A stretch of DNA of 64,000 nucleotides from Verrucomicrobiota bacterium (GCA_043775015.1 JAYVSV010000068.1:731-64730); one strand, 5' to 3'; counted from the first letter of the stretch, positions 26,632-36,502 are shown. Numbers and translations: made by a program. Notes: generated by a model from the sequence alone, not told the origin.

Positions 26632-27804
26632 TTAAACTTTTCCGTAGAACGCTTCGATCTCGCGGCGGAAATTGTTTTCGCCAACATTGACGATCTTAAA
26701 TTCGCGCTGGGCACTCTCTTCGGAATCGCTGGCATGAGCGGCGTTCACCATGATGGTTTGGCCGAACTCGCGGCGAATGGATCCTGGAGGCGCCTTTGAA
26801 GGATCGGTTGGCCCGAGGACATCGCGGATTTTTCGCACGGCTTCGATTCCTTCGTAAACCAGCGCGATACATTTTTCCGTGCCTGGCTGTTTGGCTGATT
26901 CGTCGTCGCACTCACTTGGCGCACGACCTGCCATGAAGGTGACAATATTGTCGAACTGATTGTCGCCAAAGATCGGCCCGAGAATCTCGCCCAATTGTTT
27001 TTCCTCCTGTGGCGGAATTTTGAAGCCAAGTTCTTTTTCGATGGCGGTGCGGGCCTTTGCGGCAACGACATCTTTTAATTTCGTGCGCAAGACTTCGCGA
27101 ACCGGCCCGTAAAAATCAACGGCTTCCGCGACGCTCATGCAATGAACCTTGATGCCAACGATGTAAAGGCCGGTGCGGGAGAAGAAATCAATCACGTTGC
27201 CAGGGCGTCCTGTTGGAAAACGGAAGTTATCCGGCTTGATCAAGACCAACGTGCGTTGCGGTTTTTCGGCAGGAGGATAATCGATCAAGTTTTCCAAAAC
27301 GCCGCCGTCCTGGTCGGAATAACGGGCCCACAATTTCAGTTTCACCTCGGCTTCTTCAGCATTCGGGGCGGCCAGCACGGCTGGTTCGAAGTAACGTACG
27401 CCACCGTTTTCATCTAAAATTAAATCACCGAAAGTATCGCGGATCGTTTCGCCGCCGGTGCGATTGGCGCTGATATTGCCGATGACTGAGCGAACTTTGC
27501 GCACGGCATCTTCTCCGCGGAAGAGGAGCATCATTACCCGGCGGCGTTTGCCGGTTTTCGGATCAGGGGTGAAATTCTTCAGGATATAATCGCGAATGAG
27601 TTCCTGGATTTGGCGGTCCTGGGAATCGTTGGAGGAGACGACAACCTCTGAATATTTTTGTACCAGCTCGGCCGTTGGGCCAAACAAGCGGGCACCGACC
27701 AGTTCAAGGCCGGTGCGGGTGATCAGGCGCGCAAAAATACCTCCGGTGCGCGATTTGTGCAGCGAATAAGGGGTGATGATGACGTAGGCAAGTTGTTGAG
27801 ACAT
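26632..27804 (-). CDS. ndk: Two-domain nucleoside diphosphate kinase
   Basis: The second domain has TLVLIKPD, GPTDPSKAPPGSIRREFG and NAAHASDS; the first domain is NDK-like without the catalytic His. Confidence 0.85.
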   Translation of the reverse strand: MSQQLAYVIITPYSLHKSRTGGIFARLITRTGLELVGARLFGPTAELVQKYSEVVVSSNDSQDRQIQELIRDYILKNFTPDPKTGKRRRVMMLLFRGEDAVRKVRSVIGNISANRTGGETIRDTFGDLILDENGGVRYFEPAVLAAPNAEEAEVKLKLWARYSDQDGGVLENLIDYPPAEKPQRTLVLIKPDNFRFPTGRPGNVIDFFSRTGLYIVGIKVHCMSVAEAVDFYGPVREVLRTKLKDVVAAKARTAIEKELGFKIPPQEEKQLGEILGPIFGDNQFDNIVTFMAGRAPSECDDESAKQPGTEKCIALVYEGIEAVRKIRDVLGPTDPSKAPPGSIRREFGQTIMVNAAHASDSEESAQREFKIVNVGENNFRREIEAFYGKV

Positions 27805-27807
27805 AAT

Positions 27808-28002
27808 TTAGGTCGCGGAATTCGGCTTGGGCGTCGAAGAAACAGAAGCTGGACCGGCTTTGCCGCCAAGGATTTTAAACATGACTGTGCCGCAAGTAGG
27901 ACAGCGTCCTTTGATGGCTTTGCGGCCATTTTTCATGGTTTCTTCGACTGCGTTGGAAATTTCTTTCTTCGCTTTACACTTAACACAATATCCTTCAGGC
28001 AT
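27808..28002 (-). CDS. Small zinc-ribbon protein (DUF5679-like)
   Basis: YCVKCKAKKE...KNGRKAIKGRCPTCGTVMF. Confidence 0.8.
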   Translation of the reverse strand: MPEGYCVKCKAKKEISNAVEETMKNGRKAIKGRCPTCGTVMFKILGGKAGPASVSSTPKPNSAT

Positions 28003-28195
28003 AGAACTTTTCCGCAACACGCTTCATGCGCCTTACGGTGCCCATAGCTTACGAGCCGCTTATTAGGAGCGTCAAGGGGGGAAAAGCCGCTCAAAAGGAG
28101 GTTTTAGAATGCCTTCCAACAGAGAGCTTTCGAGCAGAGAACGCGCCTTTCAAGAGCAATTCATCCAGCGTGGGTGAGCAGTCGAAACTGGACAT

Positions 28196-29284
28196 TTATG
28201 CGAAGTCGCACTGCGCTTTTTGTCGCAAAGCGTGATCGACCAAGACTAGCGCGGTCATCGCTTCGACCATCGGAACGGCGCGAGGGAGAACGCAGGGGTC
28301 GTGACGCCCCCGGCCTTTCAATGTTGTGTTTTGCAAATTGACACCAACCGTTTGCTGCTCGTGCATAACGGTTGCAACCGGCTTGAAGGCCACACGAAAA
28401 TAAATCGTTTCGCCATTGGAAATTCCACCTTGAATTCCTCCAGATCGATTCGTCAACGTGCGAACTTTGCCGCCTTTCATACGAAAGAGATCGTTGTGTT
28501 TGCGCCCGGTTAGCAGAATCCCGTCAAACCCGGAGCCGACATCAAATCCCTTCGACGCAGGCAAGCTCAACATTCCCTTGGCCAGGTCGGCTTCGAGACG
28601 GTCAAACACCGGTTCGCCCCAACCAGCATGAACGCCGCGTGCCACGCCTTCGACGATTCCGCCGACGCTATCGCCGGCCCGGCGTGTCCGCTCGATCAGC
28701 CGGATCATTTTTTCTGCCGTGGCGCCATTCGGACAGCGGACAATATTCGATTCAATCTCTTTAAACTTCACCGTTTCTGGATTCACTTCAGCAATGATGC
28801 GTTGAACCTGTTTAACGTAAGCCAAAACTTCCACGCCGAAACGTTCACGAAGAATTTTCTTCGCGATCGCTCCTGCAGCCACGCGACCGATGGTTTCACG
28901 GGCGCTGGTTCGTCCGCCGCCTTGCCAATTGCGAATGCCAAACTTCGCATCGTAAGTGTAATCCGCGTGGGACGGCCGATATTTTGTCGCCATTTCTGCG
29001 TAGGCTTCGGAGCGTTGATCCTCGTTCTTTACCCACATCGAAATGGGCGTGCCGAGAGTTTTGCCTTGAAATGTTCCCGACAAAATCTGAACGGTGTCGC
29101 TCTCTTTGCGCGGCGTGACTATTTTAGACTGGCCTGGGCGGCGGCGATCCAAATCAGGTTGAATATCCGCTTCCGTCAAATTCAAACGAGGCGGACAACC
29201 ATCGACCACAACGCCGACGCCGCCCCCGTGCGACTCACCCCAAGTGGTGATCCGAAACAATTCTCCAAACGAATTTCCTGCCAT
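28196..29284 (-). CDS. aroC: Chorismate synthase
   Basis: [33 protein letters not shown] and GRHDPCV motifs. Confidence 0.97.
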   Translation of the reverse strand: MAGNSFGELFRITTWGESHGGGVGVVVDGCPPRLNLTEADIQPDLDRRRPGQSKIVTPRKESDTVQILSGTFQGKTLGTPISMWVKNEDQRSEAYAEMATKYRPSHADYTYDAKFGIRNWQGGGRTSARETIGRVAAGAIAKKILRERFGVEVLAYVKQVQRIIAEVNPETVKFKEIESNIVRCPNGATAEKMIRLIERTRRAGDSVGGIVEGVARGVHAGWGEPVFDRLEADLAKGMLSLPASKGFDVGSGFDGILLTGRKHNDLFRMKGGKVRTLTNRSGGIQGGISNGETIYFRVAFKPVATVMHEQQTVGVNLQNTTLKGRGRHDPCVLPRAVPMVEAMTALVLVDHALRQKAQCDFA

Positions 29285-29437
29285 GCGCTTAGGTTAAGGG
29301 CAAAGATGCGAGCAGGTCAATTTGATGTGGCGAATCTGGCTGAAGAGTCGATCTGGCGGTTAAAACTCTGCAATTGAGGGACAACGAATGGCAAAATCGG
29401 TGTAGTTGCGCTTTGCGGCCGCGCTAAAGTGTGGGCA

Positions 29438-29725
29438 ATGAATTTGTTCAGCACGCTGGCACAAACGAAAGTTACGGAATGTAAACACTCCTTTTGTCCA
29501 CTCAGCCGGATCAAAGCCGGAACCGCCGTTCGCATCAAACAACTTTCCGCCTCGCCTGATATGTCACAGCGCCTGCGTGAAATCGGCTTTTGTGAAGAGC
29601 AAATTATTCGACTCGTCACCAGCCAGTCCAATTTCATTTGCCAGGTGTGCAATTCCCGGCTCGCCATCAGCGCCGATCTCGCTCAGCTCATTTTGGTTGA
29701 GCCAGTTTTCCAATGTGCGACGTGA
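29438..29725 (+). CDS. feoA: FeoA (SH3-like) domain protein, Cys-rich
   Basis: PLSRIKAGTAVRIKQL...QRLREIGF.E...SRLAIS.DLA..ILVEP pattern. Confidence 0.75.
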   Translation: MNLFSTLAQTKVTECKHSFCPLSRIKAGTAVRIKQLSASPDMSQRLREIGFCEEQIIRLVTSQSNFICQVCNSRLAISADLAQLILVEPVFQCAT

Positions 29726-29738
29726 ATCAGGCGGCCTC

Positions 29739-30806
29739 TCAAACCAAAGCGTTCGAAACACGATCGGTTTTAGACTCCTTGGCTGAACCTGGGAAATAGC
29801 TCTGGGTCCATTTTTCAAGGGTCTCGATCCAGAGCGGATGTTCGTTCAAACAAGGAATTAGCGTCAGTTCCGTTCCGCCGTGTTCTTTGAAACTTTCTCG
29901 CGCTCGAATGCCGATTTCTTCCAGAGTTTCAAGGCAATCGGAGACGAATGCGGGACACATCACCAAAAGTTTCTTGATCCCTTTCTGAGCAAAGGCTTCG
30001 ATTTCGTGGTCCGTGTAAGGTTTCAACCACGGCTCGCGCCCCAAGCGGGACTGGAATGCGACAGAGTACTTTGATTTCGGCACTCCGGCTTTTTCCACAA
30101 ACGCCTTTACTGTTTTAAAACATTGCGCGCGGTAACAAGTCGCATGCGCGGGACTTTCCACTTCGCAACAATTTTCCACCTTCATGCAATGGCAGCCGGT
30201 CGGATCAGCTTTGCGCAAATGCCGTTCGGGCAATCCGTGAAAACTAAAAAGCAAATGGTCGTAGTCGCCTTGGAGATATTTTTCGGAACTGGCGGCCAGT
30301 GCCGTGATGTAGTTCGGCTCGTTGTAGAAAGGCGGAATTACTTTGATGACCATGTCTGGTGAAATCTTTGCGGCCACTTCTTTCACACGCACCACAGCGG
30401 TTTCGAAACTCGACATCGCGTAATGAGGAAATAACGGAATCAACAATGTTTCGGTCACTCCTTGCTCATGCAGTGTGCCCACTGCGTTTTCGATGGAAGG
30501 ACTTTGATACCGCATGGCTAATTCCACCGGAATGGAAACCCGCTCCTGCAATTTGCTTTGCACACGTTTGCTCGTGATGACCAATGGCGAACCTTCCGGC
30601 AACCAGATACTGCGATACGCCTCAGCCGAATCACGCGGACGCTTCGGCAGAATGGCGAAATTCACGACGCAAAAACGAATGGGGTAGGGGGCGTCGAGCA
30701 CGCGACCGTCCATGAGAAATTCACGAAGGTATTTCCGCACGTGCGGAACGGAAGGTGAATCCGGCGACCCGAGGTTTACCAATAGGACGGCTTGTTTTGA
30801 CTTCAT
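29739..30806 (-). CDS. hemH: Ferrochelatase
   Basis: LLVNLGSP, FSFHGLP, FQSRLGREPWLKPYT and FVSDCLETLEEI motifs. Confidence 0.96.
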   Translation of the reverse strand: MKSKQAVLLVNLGSPDSPSVPHVRKYLREFLMDGRVLDAPYPIRFCVVNFAILPKRPRDSAEAYRSIWLPEGSPLVITSKRVQSKLQERVSIPVELAMRYQSPSIENAVGTLHEQGVTETLLIPLFPHYAMSSFETAVVRVKEVAAKISPDMVIKVIPPFYNEPNYITALAASSEKYLQGDYDHLLFSFHGLPERHLRKADPTGCHCMKVENCCEVESPAHATCYRAQCFKTVKAFVEKAGVPKSKYSVAFQSRLGREPWLKPYTDHEIEAFAQKGIKKLLVMCPAFVSDCLETLEEIGIRARESFKEHGGTELTLIPCLNEHPLWIETLEKWTQSYFPGSAKESKTDRVSNALV

Positions 30807-32218
30807 GCGGTTGCGATGTGACTCAGCTTTTGTGAAATGTGATACTCGAAAAGGTGCGTGGAAATTTTCTCCGCTGCGTGGTCGCCCGAGAGGATTGAAT
30901 CGCCGAGCGCAATTCCATCGCGATAATGCCCCGCCATAAAAAAACCGTGCGCCTTCGCTTCGATGTCGTCCATGAGCGCCTTCATTTTTCCGTATCCAAC
31001 CTGATATTGCGGAATTGCTTTTGGATAAACAAAAAAATGTTCAAAGACCGGTTCGCCACTCACGCCCAGTAATTTTTTTAAATCTTCCAAAACCACTTTG
31101 CGCAACCGGCTCTTTTCAGCGAGGGCCAATTCAGGATTTCGCGAACCACCGACGTAGCATGTGATCGTCACATGATCCTTCGGTGCGCGATTCGGAAAGA
31201 GCGCCGAGGAAAAAATCACCCCCAAAATATTGAACTTCTCCACCTCGGGAATCAGCGCGCCAAATCCCTGGCAGGCGTGTTTCACATCCGCGCGGCGAAA
31301 CCCGAGCACGATGCTGGCCACGGGCGGGTATTCGATTTTCTCCAGCGGACTGAGATCGAATTTGTGCGCAGTTTCCAATTTCACATCGGCCAGTTTGTAA
31401 ATCGGCGAGGTGAACAAAACTGCTTCGTGTTCACGCTGCTGCTCTTGACCGTTGGAACGATAGCTCACTGTCCAGTCACCGGTTGTCTGCGTGATCGCGG
31501 TGACGGGCGATTGCAATTCAACAGCGTCGCCCAATTTGGTGCGGAGTTCCTCGGTCAAAACCTGCAAACCTTCGTCAAATGAAAACTTTGGCGCATTTTG
31601 TTTTGAAACTTCGCCGCTGCGTTGGCGTTCACACGCGCCGAGAAATTGGCCGAGAATGAGCGAACCGTATTTCTGTTCCAGCGCATGTAGCTTTGGAAAA
31701 GCGTACTTCACGGAAAGCTTGGCTGGGTTTCCTGCATAAACGCCGGCCACAAACGGGTTGATGGCGTAATCCAAAAACTCGCGGCCGAGTCGGCGCAAAA
31801 CAAATTGCTCCAGGCTTTCCTCGCAACACGCGGGAGCGCGACGTATGAAAGGCTCGGCGCAAAGTCGAAGTTTTGCGCGAACGGAAAAAAGCGGCGTCTT
31901 GAAAAAACCAATTTTTGAATCCGCCATGGCAATCGGTTTTCCACCGCGAACAATGAATCGTGCAGCGGCACGTTCGTCGGTGTAGCGTTTCCGATTTTCC
32001 AGACCCAGATCGCGCACCAATTCGGTAATTTTTGGAGATGTCTCGAGTAGTGTGTTCGGTCCGCACTCGGCCAGAAAACCATTTTCCCGCACGGTTTGAA
32101 TAACGCCACCCACGCGATGGCTCGCTTCGTAAACCGTCACCGGAACATTTTTTTGCCGAAGCCGAAACGCGGCCGTCAGCCCCGTGATGCCGCCTCCGAT
32201 GATTGCCACGCTCTTCAT
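30803..32218 (-). CDS. hemY: HemY-type protoporphyrinogen oxidase (FAD)
   Basis: IIGGGITGLTAA, GGVIQT, ECGPNT, GVYAG, GFGALIP and AIPQY motifs. Confidence 0.93.
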   Translation of the reverse strand: MKSVAIIGGGITGLTAAFRLRQKNVPVTVYEASHRVGGVIQTVRENGFLAECGPNTLLETSPKITELVRDLGLENRKRYTDERAAARFIVRGGKPIAMADSKIGFFKTPLFSVRAKLRLCAEPFIRRAPACCEESLEQFVLRRLGREFLDYAINPFVAGVYAGNPAKLSVKYAFPKLHALEQKYGSLILGQFLGACERQRSGEVSKQNAPKFSFDEGLQVLTEELRTKLGDAVELQSPVTAITQTTGDWTVSYRSNGQEQQREHEAVLFTSPIYKLADVKLETAHKFDLSPLEKIEYPPVASIVLGFRRADVKHACQGFGALIPEVEKFNILGVIFSSALFPNRAPKDHVTITCYVGGSRNPELALAEKSRLRKVVLEDLKKLLGVSGEPVFEHFFVYPKAIPQYQVGYGKMKALMDDIEAKAHGFFMAGHYRDGIALGDSILSGDHAAEKISTHLFEYHISQKLSHIATA

Positions 32219-33588
32219 ATTGTCTTGGAAAATCGCCGCTCATTTTGTTTCGGCAAATACGAATCGAAGCGCATCGCGATGTTGCGAACGAGCAACCGTC
32301 CCAAGTCGGTGACAGCCACGCCGCAGGCCGTTTTCACGAGCAAACCATCCGCAGCCATGTCGTCCAGCGATTCCAATTCCGGCGCAAAATGGCTGGCGAA
32401 ATCCAGACCAAGCAAATTCGACATGCTGACGTAATCCAATCCCAAATCGCACATCAGCCGCATGATCGTCTCCCGGCGAATCTTGTCTTCAGCCGTCAGG
32501 ACATAACCCCGGGCCAGAGGAAGTTTGTCGGCGTCGAGCGCTCCGTAATATCCCGCAAGCTCCTTGATATTCTGCCAATAAAGTTCGCTCGATTGTGAAA
32601 CCGATGACATGCCCATCGCAAAAATATCGGTGCCGCCCCGCGTGCTGTAACCTTGAAAATTGCGCTGCAACGTCTTCTCCCGTTGAGCGATCGCCAGTTC
32701 GTCGTCCTCGCGGGCGAAGTGATCCATGCCGATGTAAACGTAACCTTCCGACGTGAGCTTCTCGATCGTGAGTTTGAGAAGCTGCAACTTGACTTCGGGC
32801 GTCGGTAAAATTTTCGCCTCGAGAATTTTTTGCGCCGGTTTCATCCACGGCACATGCGCGTAATTAAAAACCGCGAAACGATTCGGCTTCAATTTCAGCG
32901 CATCCTCGATCGTCGTTTCGAAAGTGGCGGACGTTTGATGCGGCAAGCCGTAAATCAAATCGAGGTTGAGCGAGCTGAACCCCGTTTCGCGAATCCAATC
33001 CACCACCTTCCTGGTTTGTTCAAACGGTTGAATGCGATGAATCGCCTCCTGGACTTTCTGGTTGTGATCTTGCACGCCGATGGACGCGCGGTTGAAACCG
33101 ATGTCTCGCAAGGCCTGGATGTGATCGCGCGAAACGCGGCGCGGATCAATCTCCACACCGGCTTCCGCATCCTCGGCCAACGTGAATTGCGAGTGGATCA
33201 TTTCACCGAGTTCGCGCAGTTCGGCCGGCTCAAAAAATGTGGGTGTTCCGCCGCCAAAATGAAGTTGGATCGCGCGGCGCTTTGGATTCATCAACGGCTT
33301 GATCAGCGCCAGTTCTTTTTTCAAGTAACCGAGATATTTTGCACTGGCCGATTGTTCTGTCGTGATGACGGTGGTGCAGCCGCAGAACCAGCAGAGCGTC
33401 TGGCAAAAAGGCAGATGAAAATAAATTGAGAGATCACGCTGGCTCTGGCCGCTTTCGCGAATTTTTTCCTGCAAGTCATCAAGCGAAAGTTTGTCCGTGA
33501 ATTGTGTGGCGGGCGGATACGACGTGTAGCGCGGCCCGGGCACGTTGTATTTTTTGATGAGATCGAGATCGACTTGCAATGGGCTCAT
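32215..33588 (-). CDS. hemN: Oxygen-independent coproporphyrinogen III oxidase (radical SAM)
   Basis: GPRYTSYP, HLPFCQTLCWFCGC, HFGGGTPT, IGMDHFA and LQRNFQGYST motifs; ATGA overlap with hemE. Confidence 0.96.
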   Translation of the reverse strand: MSPLQVDLDLIKKYNVPGPRYTSYPPATQFTDKLSLDDLQEKIRESGQSQRDLSIYFHLPFCQTLCWFCGCTTVITTEQSASAKYLGYLKKELALIKPLMNPKRRAIQLHFGGGTPTFFEPAELRELGEMIHSQFTLAEDAEAGVEIDPRRVSRDHIQALRDIGFNRASIGVQDHNQKVQEAIHRIQPFEQTRKVVDWIRETGFSSLNLDLIYGLPHQTSATFETTIEDALKLKPNRFAVFNYAHVPWMKPAQKILEAKILPTPEVKLQLLKLTIEKLTSEGYVYIGMDHFAREDDELAIAQREKTLQRNFQGYSTRGGTDIFAMGMSSVSQSSELYWQNIKELAGYYGALDADKLPLARGYVLTAEDKIRRETIMRLMCDLGLDYVSMSNLLGLDFASHFAPELESLDDMAADGLLVKTACGVAVTDLGRLLVRNIAMRFDSYLPKQNERRFSKTI

Positions 33589-34688
33589 TTGAAATTTTGA
33601 ACAGTGTTGACCAGCGCCGCGATATTTTCGAGCGTGGCCGTGGGAGGCACGCCGTGACCGAGATTGAAAATAAAGCCGTTGGACCCGCGCATTTCGCAAA
33701 GAATCCGGGTGGCCTCGGCGGAAACAACTTCGGGTGTGGTGTTGAGTATTGAAGGATCGAGATTTCCCTGAATGCCCACATTCGTCGGAAACAATTGGCG
33801 CGTCCGGCGGATATTTTGTGTCCAATCGACGCCGATCACTTGCGCACCGGTTCGCAGCAATGCCTCCCAATTTCCATGCACGCCTTTCGAAAAAACCGTG
33901 ATTGGAACTTGATTTCTCAATCCCGAAATAATTTTTCCCATCCATTGAGCGGAAGCCGCTTCGAACGCGTTGTCCGCGAGATTGCCGCCGGAAGTGTCAA
34001 AAATTTGCAACCCGTCTGCGCCCGCATCGACTTGAAGTTGCAGAAAGGTAATCAGTCCAGCGGTCAATTTTTCCATCAGTCGAAAGAACAGTTCGCGATC
34101 GGAGTAGAAGAGCGCTTTCGCTTTCGTAAACTCTTTGGCGCTGCCGCCTTCGAGCATGAAATTCGCCAGTGTCCACGGCGAGCCAGCAAAACCAATCAGC
34201 GCAGTGCGTCCGTTGAGCGCCTGTTTGATCATCGGCAACGCGCGCGCCACGTATTGCAGCCGTTCTTGAACGGCGCCGACTTCAAGGCGATCAATGTCCG
34301 CCGCAGAGTTGATTTGAAAATCCATTTCAATCCCGCCGGTTTCCCGGAACCGATAACCCTGGCCTAAAGCTTCGGGCAAAACCAAAATGTCGCTGAACAA
34401 AATGGCGGCATCAAAACCAAACCGGCGAATCGGTTGCAACGTTACTTCAGTGGCGAGTTCGGGCGTCTGAACCAGTTCGAGAAAAGTATATTTTTCTTTG
34501 AGCGCGCGATATTCGGGCAGGCAACGTCCCGCCTGGCGCATCAACCAAATCGGCGGACGATCAACGGCTTTGCAATGGCAGGAATCAATGAACCGTTGTC
34601 GGCTCGTCGGCTCGGCCGGAGTCGAAACCGAGGCTTGCGCGCTGATATTTGATGCGCTTGGCGCGCTGACAGCTCTGTTCATGTGCAT
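33585..34688 (-). CDS. hemE: Uroporphyrinogen decarboxylase
   Basis: PIWLMRQAGR, DAAILFSDIL, GFAGSPWTLA and IFNLGHG motifs. Confidence 0.96.
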   Translation of the reverse strand: MHMNRAVSAPSASNISAQASVSTPAEPTSRQRFIDSCHCKAVDRPPIWLMRQAGRCLPEYRALKEKYTFLELVQTPELATEVTLQPIRRFGFDAAILFSDILVLPEALGQGYRFRETGGIEMDFQINSAADIDRLEVGAVQERLQYVARALPMIKQALNGRTALIGFAGSPWTLANFMLEGGSAKEFTKAKALFYSDRELFFRLMEKLTAGLITFLQLQVDAGADGLQIFDTSGGNLADNAFEAASAQWMGKIISGLRNQVPITVFSKGVHGNWEALLRTGAQVIGVDWTQNIRRTRQLFPTNVGIQGNLDPSILNTTPEVVSAEATRILCEMRGSNGFIFNLGHGVPPTATLENIAALVNTVQNFK

Positions 34689-35022
34689 GAAAAATAGGTG
34701 GCGGCGCCCTCAGCTTCTTTCCGCTTTTTGGCAGGCGCTTCGCATTTGTTGTTTTCTCTTGGTTGCAAAGTAGTTGGGTTATGTGCAGACGAACGACTGC
34801 GCTCGACGTGAAGTTCTCTTTGGCTTCAAACCCAGTTTCAACGACACCAAACCATATCTTCACAATGCCCACAAGTATTTGTGGCAAAGTTCGCCTGCGA
34901 GATTGCGCGGGTTTTTTGCCCAGAAAATCAGAGTGCGGCCACGCTGATCGATTGAAAGATCGATGCTGCGTTTAAACCACCGCAGGAATCGGTTCCTTGA
35001 TAGAGAAAGCAAGTTTTCGCGA

Positions 35023-35149
35023 GGCAGATGATCTTGGGATGGGATTCAGTCCGCTTCGATGTGACACACCGTTTGGTGAGCGGTAATTGCAAGCCGTGAG
35101 CAAGCGGAAGAGGAATAAATCCGCGCTTCTATCCCAAGATGTTGCTGCC
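35023..35149. other. Long imperfect hairpin in the intergenic region; candidate structured RNA or MITE-like element
   Basis: Nested complementary segments ggcag/ctgcc, atcttgggat/atcccaagat, ggatt/aatcc and tccgctt/aagcgga. Confidence 0.45.
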
Positions 35150-35154
35150 GGTCG

Positions 35155-35216
35155 TTCTTAATCATAATCTTTTCTAGCCTGTTCTTGGGGGAATTAAGAT
35201 GAAGAGCAAGATGATT
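35155..35216. repeat. Degenerate palindrome with a 6-bp period
   Basis: tcttaatcataatctt facing taagatgaagagcaagatgatt. Confidence 0.4.
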
Positions 35217-35236
35217 GCTCTGTAACGCGAGAGAGC

Positions 35237-36502
35237 TTATTTCTTCCAGTAGCCTGGCAAACCTTCCTTCGTTTCCACTAATATTTCAAGGATGGCTCGA
35301 CGTGTTTTCGCGGACAGGTTTGAGAAGTCAGGTGACTCATCTTTTCCGGTGAGAACGTCCCAAAGCCGTTGGTAAATGTGCTCCTTGATTTTGTCCGGCA
35401 GCGCTTCGAACGATTTGGAATAGATCAAATAACTGCATGGATATTTGAAAAGGCGGGTCTGCAAATCCAAGTCGCGCAACGAGCGACCTCTGCTGTCTTT
35501 TGGCCCGCGATTCTGAAAATCTTTGGAGAAAGCTGCTCCGCCCGAGATCTCGGTTTTAATCGGTGCTTCCTCGACAAACAACAAATATTTCAGAAACGAA
35601 TTCGCGATGTTCGTCACGTAATTGATGTGGCCGTAGCGTGCGAGTTGCACGACCGATTCGTAGTTTAATCGCGTGATGAAATTGTGCATGTGAATCTGAT
35701 GCTCCAAAACCATGAGCGCGACAATGTCGCTGCTGTTTTCGGGATAACGTTTTACATCGAAAAAGCGGCTCAAGTCAGAAAGATTGCCGAGGTAGTTGGG
35801 CGTCCGCTCCTGTTTTTCAAACGCGATTTTTCCAACCAGATTTCCGCGATGGGTTTGGCTTCCATGCTGCCCGGTGACATACCAACCGCCCCAACGCTCC
35901 TCGATTGGCGTGCGATGATTCACTTCGGAAATGCCGCTGTCCAATTCCACCACGCCAGATAAATCCGTTTTGAAGGAGCGCAATAAATGTCCGGGAACCC
36001 CCATGCTTTTCGCCGACGCGTGGCATTCCAGACATTGATCCGTGCGGGCGAATTTCGGTTTACTGTCGCCGGATTGATCAAGTGTGTAAAAGACTCCGCC
36101 CAGCTTTGGTTCTGCCGTGGAAAACTCCAATAACGGCGCGCCTGGGATGAACCCAACGTAAACATCGTCATTGAAAAAAAGCGCGCGGGGCGAGTGCGGA
36201 GAGATGCGTTCGCGCTGAAATGAAGTTTTCGAGAACACCAGCACTTGTGACGATTTCGCGATACCCAGTTCCTTGAGCACGGAATCCAGGTAGCCGTGTT
36301 CGGATTCAAACTTCAATTTGCGGTCGCCTTTTTCAATGGCGTCCTGCAATTGCGTCACCGGATCGTTCGGTTTGGTTTTATTGTAATTGATCGTGTCCTC
36401 ATCGAAAGGCATGAGGTGAGTGGAACCTTGAAAATCATTTTGACCTTGCGCCGCGCAACTCAAAAATAAAGAGAACAGAAATGTAAAACGGCGCAAAATC
36501 AT
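35237..36502 (-). CDS. Exported hypothetical protein with a single CxxCH motif
   Basis: Signal peptide; QVLVFSKTSFQ, RWGGWYVTG and CLECH. Confidence 0.8.
   Translation of the reverse strand: MILRRFTFLFSLFLSCAAQGQNDFQGSTHLMPFDEDTINYNKTKPNDPVTQLQDAIEKGDRKLKFESEHGYLDSVLKELGIAKSSQVLVFSKTSFQRERISPHSPRALFFNDDVYVGFIPGAPLLEFSTAEPKLGGVFYTLDQSGDSKPKFARTDQCLECHASAKSMGVPGHLLRSFKTDLSGVVELDSGISEVNHRTPIEERWGGWYVTGQHGSQTHRGNLVGKIAFEKQERTPNYLGNLSDLSRFFDVKRYPENSSDIVALMVLEHQIHMHNFITRLNYESVVQLARYGHINYVTNIANSFLKYLLFVEEAPIKTEISGGAAFSKDFQNRGPKDSRGRSLRDLDLQTRLFKYPCSYLIYSKSFEALPDKIKEHIYQRLWDVLTGKDESPDFSNLSAKTRRAILEILVETKEGLPGYWKK

Noticed and set aside
29289-29307. DtxR/IdeR-like half site TTAGGTTA upstream of feoA
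   Set aside because: The second half of the palindrome is absent.
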